Below are positions 35,408 to 49,800 of a DNA stretch of 64,000 nucleotides, piece by piece. The notes beneath the pieces are model-generated. The model saw only the letters and a list, made by a program, of their open reading frames with translations, ran no database searches and was not told where the DNA came from. Origin of the DNA: Somniosus microcephalus (taxonomy: Eukaryota); NCBI GenBank assembly GCA_052327205.1, contig CM126207.1:279682001-279746000 (forward strand), read 5' to 3'. How positions within the stretch are numbered: the stretch's first letter is position 1; every line of letters begins with the position of its first letter. The position numbers and the translations under genes are program-made.

Positions 35408-36285
35408 GCTGACTCTCACTGGGGTACAGTTCCTGAAGGTGCTGACTCTCACTGGGGTACAGTTCCTGAAGGTGCTGACTCTCACTGGGGTACAGTTCCT
35501 GAAGGTGCTGACTCTCACTGGGGTACAGTTCCTGAAGGTGCTGACTCTCACTGGGGTACAGTTCCTGAAGGTGCTGACTCTCACTGGGGTACAGTTCCTG
35601 AAGGTGCTGACTCTCACTGGGGTACAGTTCCTGAAGGTGCTGACTCTCACTGGGGTACAGTTCCTGAAGGTGCTGACTCTCACTGGGGTACAGTTCCTGA
35701 AGGTGCTGACTCTCACTGGGGTACAGTTCCTGAAGGTGCTGACTCTCACTGGGGTACAGTTCCTGAAGGTGCCGACTCTCACTGGGGTACAGTTCCTGAA
35801 GGTGCTGACTCTCACTGGGGTACAGTTCCTGAAGGTGCTGACTCTCACTGGGGTACAGTACTTGAAGGTGCTGACTCTCACTGGGGTACAGTTCCTGAAG
35901 GTGCTGACTCTCACTGGGGTACAGTTCCTGAAGGTGCTGACTCTCACTGGGGTACAGTTCCTGAAGGTGCTGACTCTCACTGGGGTACAGTTTCTGAAGG
36001 TGCTGACTCTCACTGGGGTACAGTTCCTGAAGGTGCTGACTCTCACTGGGGTACAGTTCCTGAGGTGCTGACTCTCACTGGGGTACAGTTCCTGAAGGTG
36101 CTGATTCTCACTGGGGTACAGTTCCTGAAGGTGCTGACTCGCACTGGGGTACAGTTCCTGAAGGTGCTGACTCTCACTGGGGTACAGTTCCTGAAGGTGC
36201 TGACTCTCACTGGGGTACAGTTCCCGGAGGTGCTGACTCTCACTGGGGTACAGTTCCCGAAGCTGCTGACTCTCACTGGGGTACC
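35408..36285 (+). repeat. Homogeneous 33-bp minisatellite, about 26 copies
   Basis: Unit GCTGACTCTCACTGGGGTACAGTTCCTGAAGGT. Confidence 0.97.
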
Positions 36286-36380
36286 TTGACCGCGGGGTTA
36301 TGTTCTGGTGTGAGTGAGTGATGTGGGGGGTGTGAATGCTGAATCTGATCATGTCCTCACTCAATGTCCACACTCAGTGA

Positions 36381-36521
36381 TCACTGGACAGTGATCAGGA
36401 GCAGGAACCCTGGCTGATTTCCCCTCTCTCTAACCCAGGGGTCACTGGACAGTGATCAGGAGCAGGAACCCTGGCTGATTTCCCATCTCTCTAACCCAGG
36501 GATCACTGAACAGTGATCAGG
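36381..36521 (+). repeat. About 61-bp tandem repeat, 2.3 copies
   Basis: TCACTGGACAGTGATCAGGAGCAGGAACCCTGGCTGATTT... Confidence 0.85.
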
Positions 36522-36944
36522 TGCAGGGCCTGTAATGAATGGAGGAAAAAATGAAATCTTGAAATACATAAGTTGTAAGGAACAGAAATGCTGTTGTTCA
36601 ATGCTGATGTCAGTCACATGCGCTGTGACAGGTGTGTGAGAGGCTCACTGGAGCCGCTCAGTCTCCACTCTGCCGACTCATGCGAGACACAGCAAGAAAT
36701 CTACCCGGCGCCCGTCACCTGTCACCCAGTCTCCAACCTCCTCGAACGAAGAGCCATGCTGCTCAATGAATCACTCCCACCGATCCCCACTTCCTGCTGT
36801 AAACCTGGCAATGATTCCACATCTGTGGGCGGTTCTGTGGCTGCTGTAATCATCCAGAAAGTCTCCAGGAAGTCTGCACAGCTTGGAGTCTGGGCGTCAG
36901 TCTCCCGCCCGCTGTCTCGCTGCTCCCGCGTGAAGCACAGCCCG

Positions 36945-39900
36945 GTTCAAAACTCCGCTGCCCCGTGTCCTAACTCACACCCAGTCCCGTTCACCCATCA
37001 CCCCCTGTGCTCACTGCCCCGTGTCCTAACTCGCACCCAGTCCCGTTCACCCATCACCCCCTGTGCTCACTGCCCCGTGTCCTAACTCGCACCCAGTCCC
37101 GTTCACCCATCACCCCCTGTGCTCACTGCCCCGTGTCCTAACTCACACCCAGTCCCGTTCACCCATCACCCCCTGTGCTCACTGCCCCGTGTCCTAACTC
37201 GCACCCAGTCCCGTTCACCCATCACCCGCTGTGCTCACTGCCCCGTGTCCTAACTCGCACCCAGTCCCGTTCACCCATCACCCCCCGTGCTCACTGCCCT
37301 GTGTCCTAACTCGCACCAAGTCCCATTCACCCATCACCCCCTGTGCTCACTGCCCCGTGTCCTAACTCACACCCAGTCCCGTTCACCCATCACCCCCTGT
37401 GCTCACTGCCCCGTGTCCTAACTCGCACCCAGTCCCGCTCACCCATCGCCCCCTGTGCTCACTGCCCCGTGTCCTAACTCGCACCCAGTCCCGTTCATCC
37501 ATCACCCCTGTGCTCACTGCCCCATGTCCTAACTCGCACCCAGTCCCATTCACCCATCACCCCCTGTGCTCACTGCCCCGTGTCCTAACTCGCACCAACT
37601 CCCGTTCACCCATCACCCCTGTGCTCACTGCCCCGTGTCCTAACTCACACCCAGTCCCGTTCAACCATCACCCCCTGTGCTCACTGCCCCGTGTCCTAAC
37701 TCGCACCCAGTCCCATTCACCCATCACCCCCTGTGCTCACTGCCCCGTGTCCTAACTCGCACCAACTCCCGTTCACCCATCACCCCTGTGCTCACTGCCC
37801 CGTGTCCTAACTCACACCCAGTCCCGTTCAACCATCACCCCCTGTGCTCACTGCCCCGTGTTCTAACTCACACCCAGTCCCGTTCACCCATCACCCACTG
37901 TGCTCACTGCCCCGTGTCCTAACTCACACCCAGTCCCGTTCACCCATCACCCCCTGTGCTCACTGCCCCGTGTCCTAACTCACACCCAGTCCCGTTCACC
38001 CATCACCCTCTGTGCTCACTGCCCCGTGTCCTAACTCGCACCCAGTCCCATTCACCCATCACCCCCTGTGCTCACTGCCCCGTGTCCTAACTCGCACCCA
38101 GTCCCGTTCACCCATCATCCCTGTGCTTGCTGCCCCGTGTCCTAACTCACACCCAGTCCCGTTCACCCATCACCCACTGTGCTCACTGCCCCGTGTCCTA
38201 ACTCACACCCAGTCCCGTTCACCCATCACCCACTGTGCTCACTGCCCCGTGTCCTAACTCCCACCCAGTCCCGTTCACCCATCACCTCCTGTGCTCACTG
38301 CCCCGTGTCCTAACTCGCACCCAGTCCCGTTCACCCATCACCCCCTGTGCTCGCTGCCCCGTGTCCTAACTCACACCCAGTCCCGTTCACCCATCACCCC
38401 CTGTGCTCACTGCCCCGTGTCCTAACTCACACCCAGTCCCGTTCACCCATCACCCCCTGTGCTCACTGCCCCGTGTCCTAACTCGCACCCAGTCCCGTTC
38501 ACCCATCACCCCCTGTGCTCGCTGCCCCGTGTCCTAACTCACACCCAGTCCCGTTCACCCATCACCGGCTGTGCTCACTGCCCCGTGTCCTAACTCACAC
38601 CCAGTCCCGTTCACCCATCACCCCCTGTGCTCACTGACCCGTGTCCTAACTCGCACCCAGTCCCGTTCACCCATCACCCCCGTGCTCACTGCCCCGAGTC
38701 CTAACTCACACCAAGTCCCGTTCACCCATCACCCCCTGTCCTCACTGCCCCGTGTCCTAACTCACACCCAGTCCCGTTCACCCATCACCCCCTGTGCTCA
38801 CTGCCCCGTGTCCTAACTCCCACCCAGTCCCGTTCACCCATCACCCCCTGTGCTCACTGCCCCGTGTCTTAACTCACACCCAGTCCCGTTCACCCATCAC
38901 CCCCTGTGCTCACTGCCCCGTGTCCCAACTCACACCCAGTCCCGTTCACCCATCACCCCCTGTGCTCACTGACCCGTGTCCTAACTCGCACCCAGTCCTG
39001 TTCACCCATCACCCCCTGTGCTCACTGCCCCGTGTCCTAACTCGCACCCAGTCCCGTTCACCCATCACCCCCTGTGCTCACTGACCCATGTCCTAACTCA
39101 CACCCAGTCCCGTTCACCCATCACCCCCTGTGCTCACTGCCCCGTGTCCTAACTCACACCCAGTCCCGTTCACCCATCACCCCCTGTGCTCACTGCCCCG
39201 TGTCCTAACTCACACCCAGTCCCGTTCACCCATCACCCCGTGCTCACTGCCCCGTGTCCTAACTCGCACCCAGTCCCGTTCACCCATCACCCCCTGTGCT
39301 CACTGCCCCGTGTCCTAACTCACACCCAGTCCCGTTCACCCATCACCCCCTGTGCTCACTGCCCCGTGTCCTAACTCGCACCCAGTCCCGTTCACCCATC
39401 ACCCCCTGTGCTCACTGCCCCGTGTCCTAACTCACACCCAGTCCCGTTCACCCATCACCCCGTGCTCACTGCGCCGTGTCCTAACTCACACTCAGTCCCG
39501 TTCACCCATCACCCCCTGTGCTCGCTGCCCCGTGTCCTAACTCACACCCAGTCCCGTTCACCCATCACCCACCGTGTTCACTGCCCCGTGTCCTAACTCG
39601 CACCCAGTCCCGTTCACCCATCACCCCCTGTGCTCGCTGCCCCGTGTCCTAACTCACACCCAGTCCCGTTCACCCATCACCCCCTGTGCTCACTGCCCCA
39701 TGTCCTAACTCACACCCAGTCCCGTTCACCCATCACCCCCTGTGCTTGCTGCCCCGTGTCCTAACTCGCACCCAGTCCCGTTCACCCATCACCGGCTGTG
39801 CTCACTGCCCCGTGTCCTAACTCACACCCAGTCCCGTTCACCCATCACCCCGTGCTCACTGTCCCGTGTCCTAACTCACACCCAGTCCCGTTCACCCATC

Positions 39901-40665
39901 ACCCCCTGTGCTCACTGCCCCGTGTCCTAACTCACACCCAGTCCCGTTCACCCATCACCCCCTGTGCTCACTGCCCCGTGTCCTAACTCGCACCCAGTCC
40001 CGATCACCCATCACCCCCTGTGCTCACTGCCCCGTGTCCTAACTCACACCCAGTCCCGTTCACCCATCACCCCCTGTGCTCACTGCCCCGTGTCCTAACT
40101 CACACCCAGTCCCGTTCACCCATCACCCCCTGTGCTCACTGTCCCGTGTCCTAACTCGCACCCAGTCCCATTCACCCATCACCCCCTGTGCTCACTGTCC
40201 CGTGTCCTAACTCGCACCCAGTCCCGTTCACCCATCACCCCCTGTGCTCACTGACCTACATTGGCTCCCGGTCCGGCAATGCCTCGATTTTAAAATTCTC
40301 ATCCTTGTGTTCAAATCCCTCCATGGCCTCGCCCCTTCCTATCTCTGTAATGCCCCACAGCCCCACAATCGCTGCCCCCTCCCCACCCCGAGATCTCTGC
40401 GCTCCTCCAATTCTGCCCTGTTGAGCATCCCCGATTATAATCGCTCCACCATTGGTGGCCGTGCCTTCTGCTGCCGAAGCCCTAAGCTCTGGAATTCCCT
40501 CCCTAAACCTCTCCGCCTCTCTCTCCTCCTTTAAGACGCTCCTTAAAACCGAGCTCTTCAACCAGCTTTTGGCCACCTGTCCCTAATATCTCCTGATGCG
40601 GCCCGATATCAGACTGTGTTTGATTTATGCTCCATTAAAGGCGCTCTATAAAGGCAGCTTGTGTC
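36945..40665 (+). mobile_element. L2 LINE 3' fragment expanded by a 56-bp minisatellite (36958-40253, about 59 copies)
   Basis: Collapsing the array gives roughly VQNSAA-RVLTRTQSRSPITPVL-TDLHWLPVRQCLDFKILILVFKSLHGLAPSYL...GGRAF...PKLWNSLP, typical of the L2 ORF2 end. Confidence 0.9.
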
Positions 40666-40896
40666 AGTGCCCCTCTCCCCGGGTCTTTTGCTGCTCTAAC
40701 ATTGCACTACTGAATGACTCTAAACTCAGCCTGGTGCCAATACCGCGCTCGCTCGCTCGTGACGCTGCACGGGTAACGTCAGTGTCCGAGACGGACTCTG
40801 AAATGCTCCCGAACCAGAAGAAACACCGTCTAACACATTCTAACTTTCAGCGGAGTGTGAAACGGGCGCTATGGCTTAATTAAAACCACGGCTGAT

Positions 40897-43800
40897 TGAT
40901 CGCCCCCCGACCGATCACCCCCCCGACCGATCACCCCCCGACCGATCACCCCCCGACCGATCACCCCCCGACCGATCATCCCCCCGACCGATCACCCCCC
41001 CGACCGATCACCCCCCCGACCGATCACCCCCCGACCGATCACCCCCCCCGACCGATCACCCCCCCCGACCGATCACCCCCCGACCGATCACCCCCCGACC
41101 GATCACCCCCGACCGATCACCCCCCGACTGATCACCCCCCCGACCGATCACCCCCCCCGACCGATCACCCCCCCCGACCGATCACCCCCCCTGACCGATC
41201 ACCCCCCTGACCGATCACCCCCCCCGACCGATCACCCCCCGACCGATCACCCCCCGACCGATCACCCCCCTGACCGATCACCCCCCGACCGATCACCCCC
41301 AGACCGATCACCCCCGACCGATCACCCCCCCGACCGATCACCCCCAGACCGATCACCCCCGACCGATCACCCCCCGACCGATCAACCCCCCCGACCGATC
41401 ACCCCCCCGACCGATCACCCCCAGACCGATCACCCCCCCGACCGATCACCCCCCCGACCGATCACCCCCAGACCGATCACCCCCGACCGATCACCCCCCG
41501 ACCGATCAACCCCCCCGACCGATCACCCCCCCCGACCGATCACCCCCCCCGACCGATCAACCCCCCCGACCGATCACCCCCCGACCGATCACCCCCCGAC
41601 CGATCAACCCCCCCCGACCGATCACCCCCCCCGACCGATCACCCCCCCGACCGATCACCCCCCCCGACCGATCACCCCCCCCGACCGATCACCCCCCGAC
41701 CGATCACCCCCCCAGACCGATCACCCCCCCGACCGATCACCCCCCCCGACCGATCACCCCCCGACCGATCACCCCCCGACCGATCAACCCCCCCGACCGA
41801 TCACCCCCCGACCGATCACCCCCCCGACCGATCACCCCCCCCGACCGATCACCCCCCGACCGATCACCCCCCCCGACCGATCACCCCCCGACCGATCACC
41901 CCCCGACCGATCAACCCCCCCGACCGATCACCCCCCGACCGATCACCCCCCCGACCGATCACCCCCCCCGACCGATCACCCCCCCCGACCGATCACCCCC
42001 CCCGACCGATCACCCCCCCGACCGATCACCCCCCCAGACCGATCACCCCCCAACCGATCGACCCCCGACCGATCACCCCCCCCGACCGATCAGCCCCGAC
42101 CGATCACCCCCCCCGACCGATCACCCCCCCGACTGATCGCCCCCCCCGACCGATCACCCCCAGACCGATCACCCCCAGACCGATCACCCCCCCCGACCGA
42201 TCACCCCCCCCGACCGATCACCCCCCCGACCGATCACCCCCCCCGACCGATCACCCCCCCGACTGATCGCCCCCCCCGACCGATCACCCCCAGACCGATC
42301 ACCCCCAGACCGATCACCCCCCCCGACCGATCACCCCCAGACCGATCACCCCCCCCGACCGATCACCCCCCGACTGATCGCCCCCCCCGACCGATCACCC
42401 CCCCCGACCGATCACCCCCCCGACCGATCACCCCCCGACCGATCACCCCCCCCGACCGATCACCCCCCCCGACCGATCACCCCCCGACCGATCAACCCCG
42501 ACCGATCACCCCCCCGACCGATCAACCCCGACCGATCACCCCCCCCGACCGATCACCCCCCGACCGATCACCCCCCCGACCGATCAACCCCGACCGATCA
42601 CCCCCCGACCGATCACCCCCCCGACCGATCAACCCCGACCGATCACCCCCCCGACCGATCAACCCCGACCGATCACCCCCCCGACCGATCAACCCCGACC
42701 GATCACCCCCCGACCGATCACCCCCCCCGACCGATCACCCCCCCTGACCGATCACCCCCAACCGTTCACCCCCGACCGATCGACCCCCGACCGTTCACCC
42801 CCCGACCGATCGACCCCCGACCGATCGACCCCCGACCGTTCACCCCCGACCGATCGACCCCCGACCGATCGACCCCCGACCGTTCACCCCCGACCGATCG
42901 ACCCCCGACCGATCACCCCCCCCGACCGATCACCCCCCGACCGATCACCCCCCCCGACCGATCACCCCCCGACCGATCACCCCCCCCGACCGATCACCCC
43001 CCGACCGATCACCCCCCCCGACCGATCACCCCCCCCGACCGATCACCCCCGACCGATCACCCCCCGACCGATCACCCCCCCGACCGATCACCCCCCCCGA
43101 CCGATCACCCCCCCCGACCGATCACCCCCCCCGACCGATCACCCCCCCGACCGATCACCCCCGACCGATCACCCCCCCGACCGATCACCCCCCCGACCGA
43201 TCACCCCCCGACCGATCACCCCCCGACCGATCACCCCCCCGACCGATCACCCCCCCGACCGATCACCCCCCCCGACCGATCACCCCCCCCGACCGATCAC
43301 CCCCCCCGACCGATCACCCCCGACCGATCACCCCCCGACCGATCACCCCCCGACCGATCGACCCCCGACCGATCACCCCCCCCGACCGATCACCCCCCCG
43401 ACCGATCACCCCCCCCGACCGATCACCCCCCCGACCGATCACCCCCCCCGACCGATCACCCCCCCCGACCGATCACCCCCCCGACCGATCGACCCCCGAC
43501 CGATCGACCCCCGACCGATCACCCCCCCCGACCGATCACCCCCCCGACCGATCACCCCCCCCGACCGATCACCCCCCCCGACCGATCACCCCCCCCGACC
43601 GATCACCCCCCCCGACCGATCACCCCCCCGACCGATCACCCCCCGACCGATCACCCCCCGACCGATCACCCCCCGACCGATCACCCCCCCCGACCGATCA
43701 GCCCCGACCGATCAGCCCCGACCGATCACCCCCGACCAATCACCCCCCTGACCGATCACACCCCCCGACCGATCACCCCCCCCGACCGATCACCCCCCCG

Positions 43801-46800
43801 ACCGATCACCCCCCCCGACCGATCACCCCCCCGACTGATCGCCCCCCCCGACCGATCACCCCCAGACCGATCACCCCCAGACCGATCACCCCCCCCGACC
43901 GATCACCCCCCCCGACCGATCACCCCCCCCGACCGATCACCCCCCGACCGATCACCCCCCCGACCGATCACCCCCCCCAGACCGATCACCCCCCGACTGA
44001 TCGCCCCCCCCGACCGATCACCCCCCCCGACCGATCACCCCCCCGACCGATCACCCCCCCCGACCGATCACCCCCCCGACCGATCGCCCCCCCCGACCGA
44101 TCACCACCAGACCGATCACCCCCAGACCGATCACCCCCCCCGACCGATCACCCCCCGACCGATCACCCCCCCCGACCGATCACCCCCCCCGACCGATCAC
44201 CCCCCCGACCGATCACCCCCACCCAACCGATCACCCCCCCGACCGATCACCCCCCCGACCGATCACCCCCCCCGACCGATCACCCCCCCGACCGATCACC
44301 CCCCCAGACCGATCACCCCCACCCAACCGATCACCCCCCCGACCGATCACCCCCCGACCGATCACCCCCCGACCGATCACCCCCCCGACCGATCACCGCC
44401 CGACCGTTCACCCCCAACCGATCGACCCCCGACCGATCGACCCCCGACCGATCGACCCCCAACCGATCGACCCCCGACCGATCATCCCCCGACCGTTCAC
44501 CCCCGACCGATCACCCCCCGACGGTTCAGCCCCGACCGATCACCCCCCGACCGATCAGCCCCGACCGATCAGCCCCGACCGATCACCCCCGACCAATCAG
44601 CCCCGACCGATCACCCCCGACCAATCACCCCCCTGACCGATCACACCCCCCGACCGATCACCCCCCGACCGATCGACCCCCGACCGATCACCCCCCCCGA
44701 CCGATCACCCCCCCGACCGATCACCCCCCCGACCGATCACCCCCCGACTGATCGCCCCCCCCGACCGATCACCCCCAGACCGATCACCCCCCCCGACCGA
44801 TCACCCCCCCCGACCGATCACCCCCCCGACCGATCACCCCCCCCGACCGATCACCCCCCCGACTGATCGCCCCCCCCGACCGATCACCCCCAGACCGATC
44901 ACCCCCAGACCGATCACCCCCCCCGACCGATCACCCCCCCCGACCGATCACCCCCCCCGACCGATCACCCCCCGACCGATCACCCCCAGACCGATCACCC
45001 CCCCCGACCGATCACCCCCCCCGACCGATCACCCCCCCCGACCGATCACCCCCCGACCGATCACCCCCCCGACCGATCACCCCCCCCAGACCGATCACCC
45101 CCAACCAATCACCCCCAACCGATCGACCCCCGACCGATCACCCCCAACCAATCACCCCCAACCGATCGACCCCCGACCGATCGACCCCCAACCGATCACC
45201 CCCCCGACCGATCACCCCCAACCAATCACCCCCAACCGATCGACCCCCGACCGATCACCCCCAACCAATCACCCCCAACCGATCGACCCCCGACCGATCG
45301 ACCCCCGACCGATCGACCCCCGACCGTTCACCCCCGACCGATCGCCCCCCGACCGATCGACCCCCGACCGATCGACCCCCGACCGATCGACCCCCGGCCG
45401 TTCGACCCCCGACCGATCAGCCCCGACCGATCACCCCCCGACCGATCGACCCCCGACCAATCACCCCCCTGACCGATCACACCCCCCGACCGATCACCCC
45501 CCAACCGATCACCCCCCGACTGATCGCCCCCCCCGATCAATCACCCCCCGACCGATCGCCCCCCGATCAATCACCCCCCGACCGATCGCCCCCCGATCAA
45601 TCACCCCCGACCGATCACCCCCCGATCAATCACCCCCGACCGATCGCCCACCGACCGATCGCCCCCCGACCAATCACCACCCCGATCAATCACCCCCTGA
45701 TCAATCACCCCCCAATCAATTACCCCGATCAATCACCCCCGATCAATCACCCCCGATCAATCACCCCCCGATCAATCACCCCGATCAATCACCCCTCGAT
45801 CAATCACCCCGATAAGTCACCCCGATCAATCATCCCCGATCAATCACCCACCGAACAATCACCCCGATCAATCACCCCTGATCAATCACCCACCGATGAA
45901 TCAGCCCCTGATCAATCACCCCCCGATCAATCACCCCCGATCAATCACCCCCTGATCAATCACCCCCGATCAATCGCCCCTCCGATCAATCACCCCCGAT
46001 TAGTCGCACCCGGATCAATCGCCCCCCGATCACCCCCGATCAATCACCCTGATCAATCACACCCGATCTATCACACCCGATCAATCACCCCCAATAAATC
46101 ACCCACCGATCAATCGCCCCCGATCAATCGCCCCCAATCAATCGCCTCCCAATCAATCGCCCCCGATCAATCGCCCCCCATCAATTGCCCCCGATCAATC
46201 ACCCCCGATCAATCACCTCCCGATCAATCACCCCCCAAACAATCACCCTCCCATCAATCACCTCCGATCAATCACGCCCGATCAATCACCCCCGATCAAT
46301 CACCCCTGATCAATCACCCCCGATCAATCACCCCGATCAATCACCACCGATCAATCCACCCCCGATCAGTCACCGCCCGATCAATCACCCCCGATCAATC
46401 ACCCCGATCAATCGCCCCCGATAAATCGCCCCCTGATCAATCACCCCCGATCAATCACCCCCGATCAATCACCCTGATCAATCACCCCGATCAATCAACC
46501 CCCGATCAATCACCCCCAATCAATCACCCCCGATTAATCACCCCCAATTAATCACCCCGATCAATCACCACCCCGATCAATCACCTCCCCGATCAATCGC
46601 CCCCCGGTCAGTCACCCCCGATCAATCACCCCCTGATCAATCACCCCCGATCAATCGCCCCCAATCAATCGCCCCCCCGATCAATCGCCCCCAGATCAAT
46701 CACCCCCCCGATCAATCACCCTAATCAATCACCCCGATCAATCGCCCCCGATCAATCGCCCCCCGATCAATCCAACCCCGATCAATCGTCCCCCGATCAA

Positions 46801-49800
46801 TCACCCCCCCGATCAATCACCCCAATCAATCACCCCCCGATCAATCACCCTCGATCAATCACCCCCCCGATCAATCACCCCGATCAATCACCCCCCGATC
46901 AATCACCCTCGATCAATCACCCCCCGGTCAATCACCCCCCGATCAATCACCCCCGATCGATCACCCCCGACCGATCGACCCCGATCAATCACCCCCGATC
47001 AATCACACCCTGATCAATCACCCCCGATCAATCACCCCCGATCAATCAACCCCCGATCAATCACCCCCCGATCAATCACCCCCGATCAATCACCCCGATC
47101 AATCACCCCGATCAATCACCCCCGATCAATCACCCCCGATCAATCACCCCCGATCAATCACCCCCGATCAATCACCCCCCGATCAATCACCCCCGATCAA
47201 TCACCCCCCGATCAATCACCCCGATCAATCGCCCCTCGATCAATCGCACCCGATCAATCACCCCGATCAATCGCCCCCCCGATAAATCGGCCACCGATCA
47301 ATCGCCCCCGATCAATTGCCCCGATCAATTGCCCCAATCAATCGCCCCCGATCAATCGCCCCCCGATCAATCACCCCCGATCAATCACCCCCCGATCAAT
47401 CACCCCCCTGATCAATCACCCCGATCAATCACGCTCCGATCAATCACCCCCGATCAATCACCCCCCTGATCAATCACCCCCCGATCAATCACCCCGATCA
47501 ATCACGCTCCGATCAATCACCCCCGATCAATCACCCCCCTGATCAATCACCCCCCGATCAATCACCCCCCGATCGATCACCCCCGACCGATCGACCCCGA
47601 CCAATCACCCCCGATCAATCACCCCCGATCAATCACCCCCGATCAATCAACCCCTGATCAATCAACCCCCGATCAATCACCCCCGATCAATCACCCCGAT
47701 CAACCACCCCGATCAATCACCCCCCGATCAATCACCCCCGATCAATCACCCCCCGATCAATCATCCCCGATCAATCACCCCCGATCAATCATCCCGATCA
47801 ATCACCCCCGATCAATCACCCCGATCAAATACCCCCGATCAATCGCCCCCCCGATCAATCACCCCCGATCAATCACCCCCGATCAATCACCCCCTGATCA
47901 ATCACCCCCGATCAATCGCCCCCCGATCAATCACCCTCCAATCAATCACCCCCGATCAGTCGCACCCCGATCAATCGCCCCCCGATCACCCCCGATCAAT
48001 CACCCTGATCAATCACACCCGATCTATCACACCCGATCAATCACCCCCAATAAATCGCCCACCGATCAATCGCCCTCGATCAATCGCCCCCGATCAATCG
48101 CCTCCCGATCAATCGCCCCCAATCAATCGCCCCCCATCAATTGCCCCCGATCAATCACCCCTGATCAATCACCTCCCAATCAATCACCCCCCAAACAATC
48201 ACCCTCCCATCAATCACCTCCGATCAATCACCCCTGATCAATCACCCCCGATCAATCACCCCCGATCAATCACACTCGATCAATCACCCCGATCAATCAC
48301 CACTGATCAATCAACCCCCGATCAGTCACCGCCCGATCAATCACCCCCGATCAATCGCCCCCGATAAATCGCCCCCTGATCAATCACCCCCGATCAATCA
48401 CCCCCGATCAATCACCCTGATCAATCACCCCCCGATCAATCACCCCCCATTCAATTACCCTGATCAATCACCCCCGATCAACCACCCCCGATCAATCACC
48501 CCCCGATCAATCACCCCGATCAATCACCCCTCGATCAATCACCCCGATAAGTCACCCCGATCAATCATCCCCTGATCAATCACCCACCGAACAATCACCC
48601 CTGATCAATCACCCACTGATGAATCAGCCCCTGATCAATCACCCCCGATCAATCACCCCCGATCAATCACCCCCTGATCAATCACCCCCGATCAATCGCC
48701 CCCCCGATCAATCACCCTCCGATCAATCACCCCCGATCAGTCGCACCCCGATCAATCGCCCCCCATCAATTGCCCCCGATCAATCACCCCCGATCAATCA
48801 CCCTGATCAATCACACCCGATCTATCATACCCGATCAATCACCCCCAATAAATCGCCCACCGATCAATCGCCCCTGATCAATCGCCCCCGATCAATCGCC
48901 TCCCGATCAATCGCCCCCGATCAATCGCCCCCCATCAATTGCCCCCGATCAATCACCCCCGATCAATCACCTCCCGATCAATCGCCCCCCATCAATTGCC
49001 CCCGATCAATCACCCCCGATCAATCACCCTGATCAATCACACCCGATCTATCATACCCGATCAATCACCCCCAATAAATCGCCCACCGATCAATCGCCCC
49101 TGATCAATCGCCCCCGATCAATCGCCTCCCGATCAATCGCCCCCGATCAATCGCCCCCCATCAATTGCCCCCGATCAATCACCTCCGATCAATCACCCCC
49201 GATCAATCACCCCCGATCAATCACCCCCGATCAATCACCCCCGATCAATCACCCCGATCAATCACCACCGATCAATCAACCCCCGATCAGTCACCGCCCG
49301 ATCAATCACCCCCAATCAATCACCCCGATCAATCGCCCCCGATAAATCGCCCCCTGATCAATCACCCCCGATCAATCACCCCCGATCAATCACCCTGATC
49401 AATCACCCCGATCAATCAACCCCCGATCAATCACCCCCAATCAATCACCCCCGATTAATCACCCCCAATTAATCACCCCGATTAATCACCCCCACGATCA
49501 ATCGCCCCCGATCAGTCACCCCCGATCAATCACCCCCCGATCAATCACCCCCGATCAATCGCCCCCCAATCAATCACCCCCAGATCAATCACGCCCCCAG
49601 ATCAATCACCCCCCGATCAATCACCCTAATCAATCACCCCGATCAATCGCCCCCGATCAATCGCCCCCCGATCAATCCAACCCCGATCAATCGTCCCCCA
49701 ATCAATCACCCCCCGATCAATCACCCCAATCAATCACCCCCGATCAATCACCCCGATCAATCACCCCTGATCAATCACCCCCCGATCAATCACCCCCGAT

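Larger units (their letters stand above)
35202..36740. repeat. About 210-bp imperfect inverted repeat (35202-35409 / 36528-36740)
   Basis: Near-identical translations on opposite strands (MLLFNAxVSHMRCDRCVRGSLEPLSL...). Confidence 0.9.

Noticed and set aside
35408-36285. CRISPR-like regular 33-bp repeats (also the 27-bp and 56-bp arrays)
   Set aside because: Head-to-tail repeats with no unique spacers, no cas genes, and a eukaryotic context.
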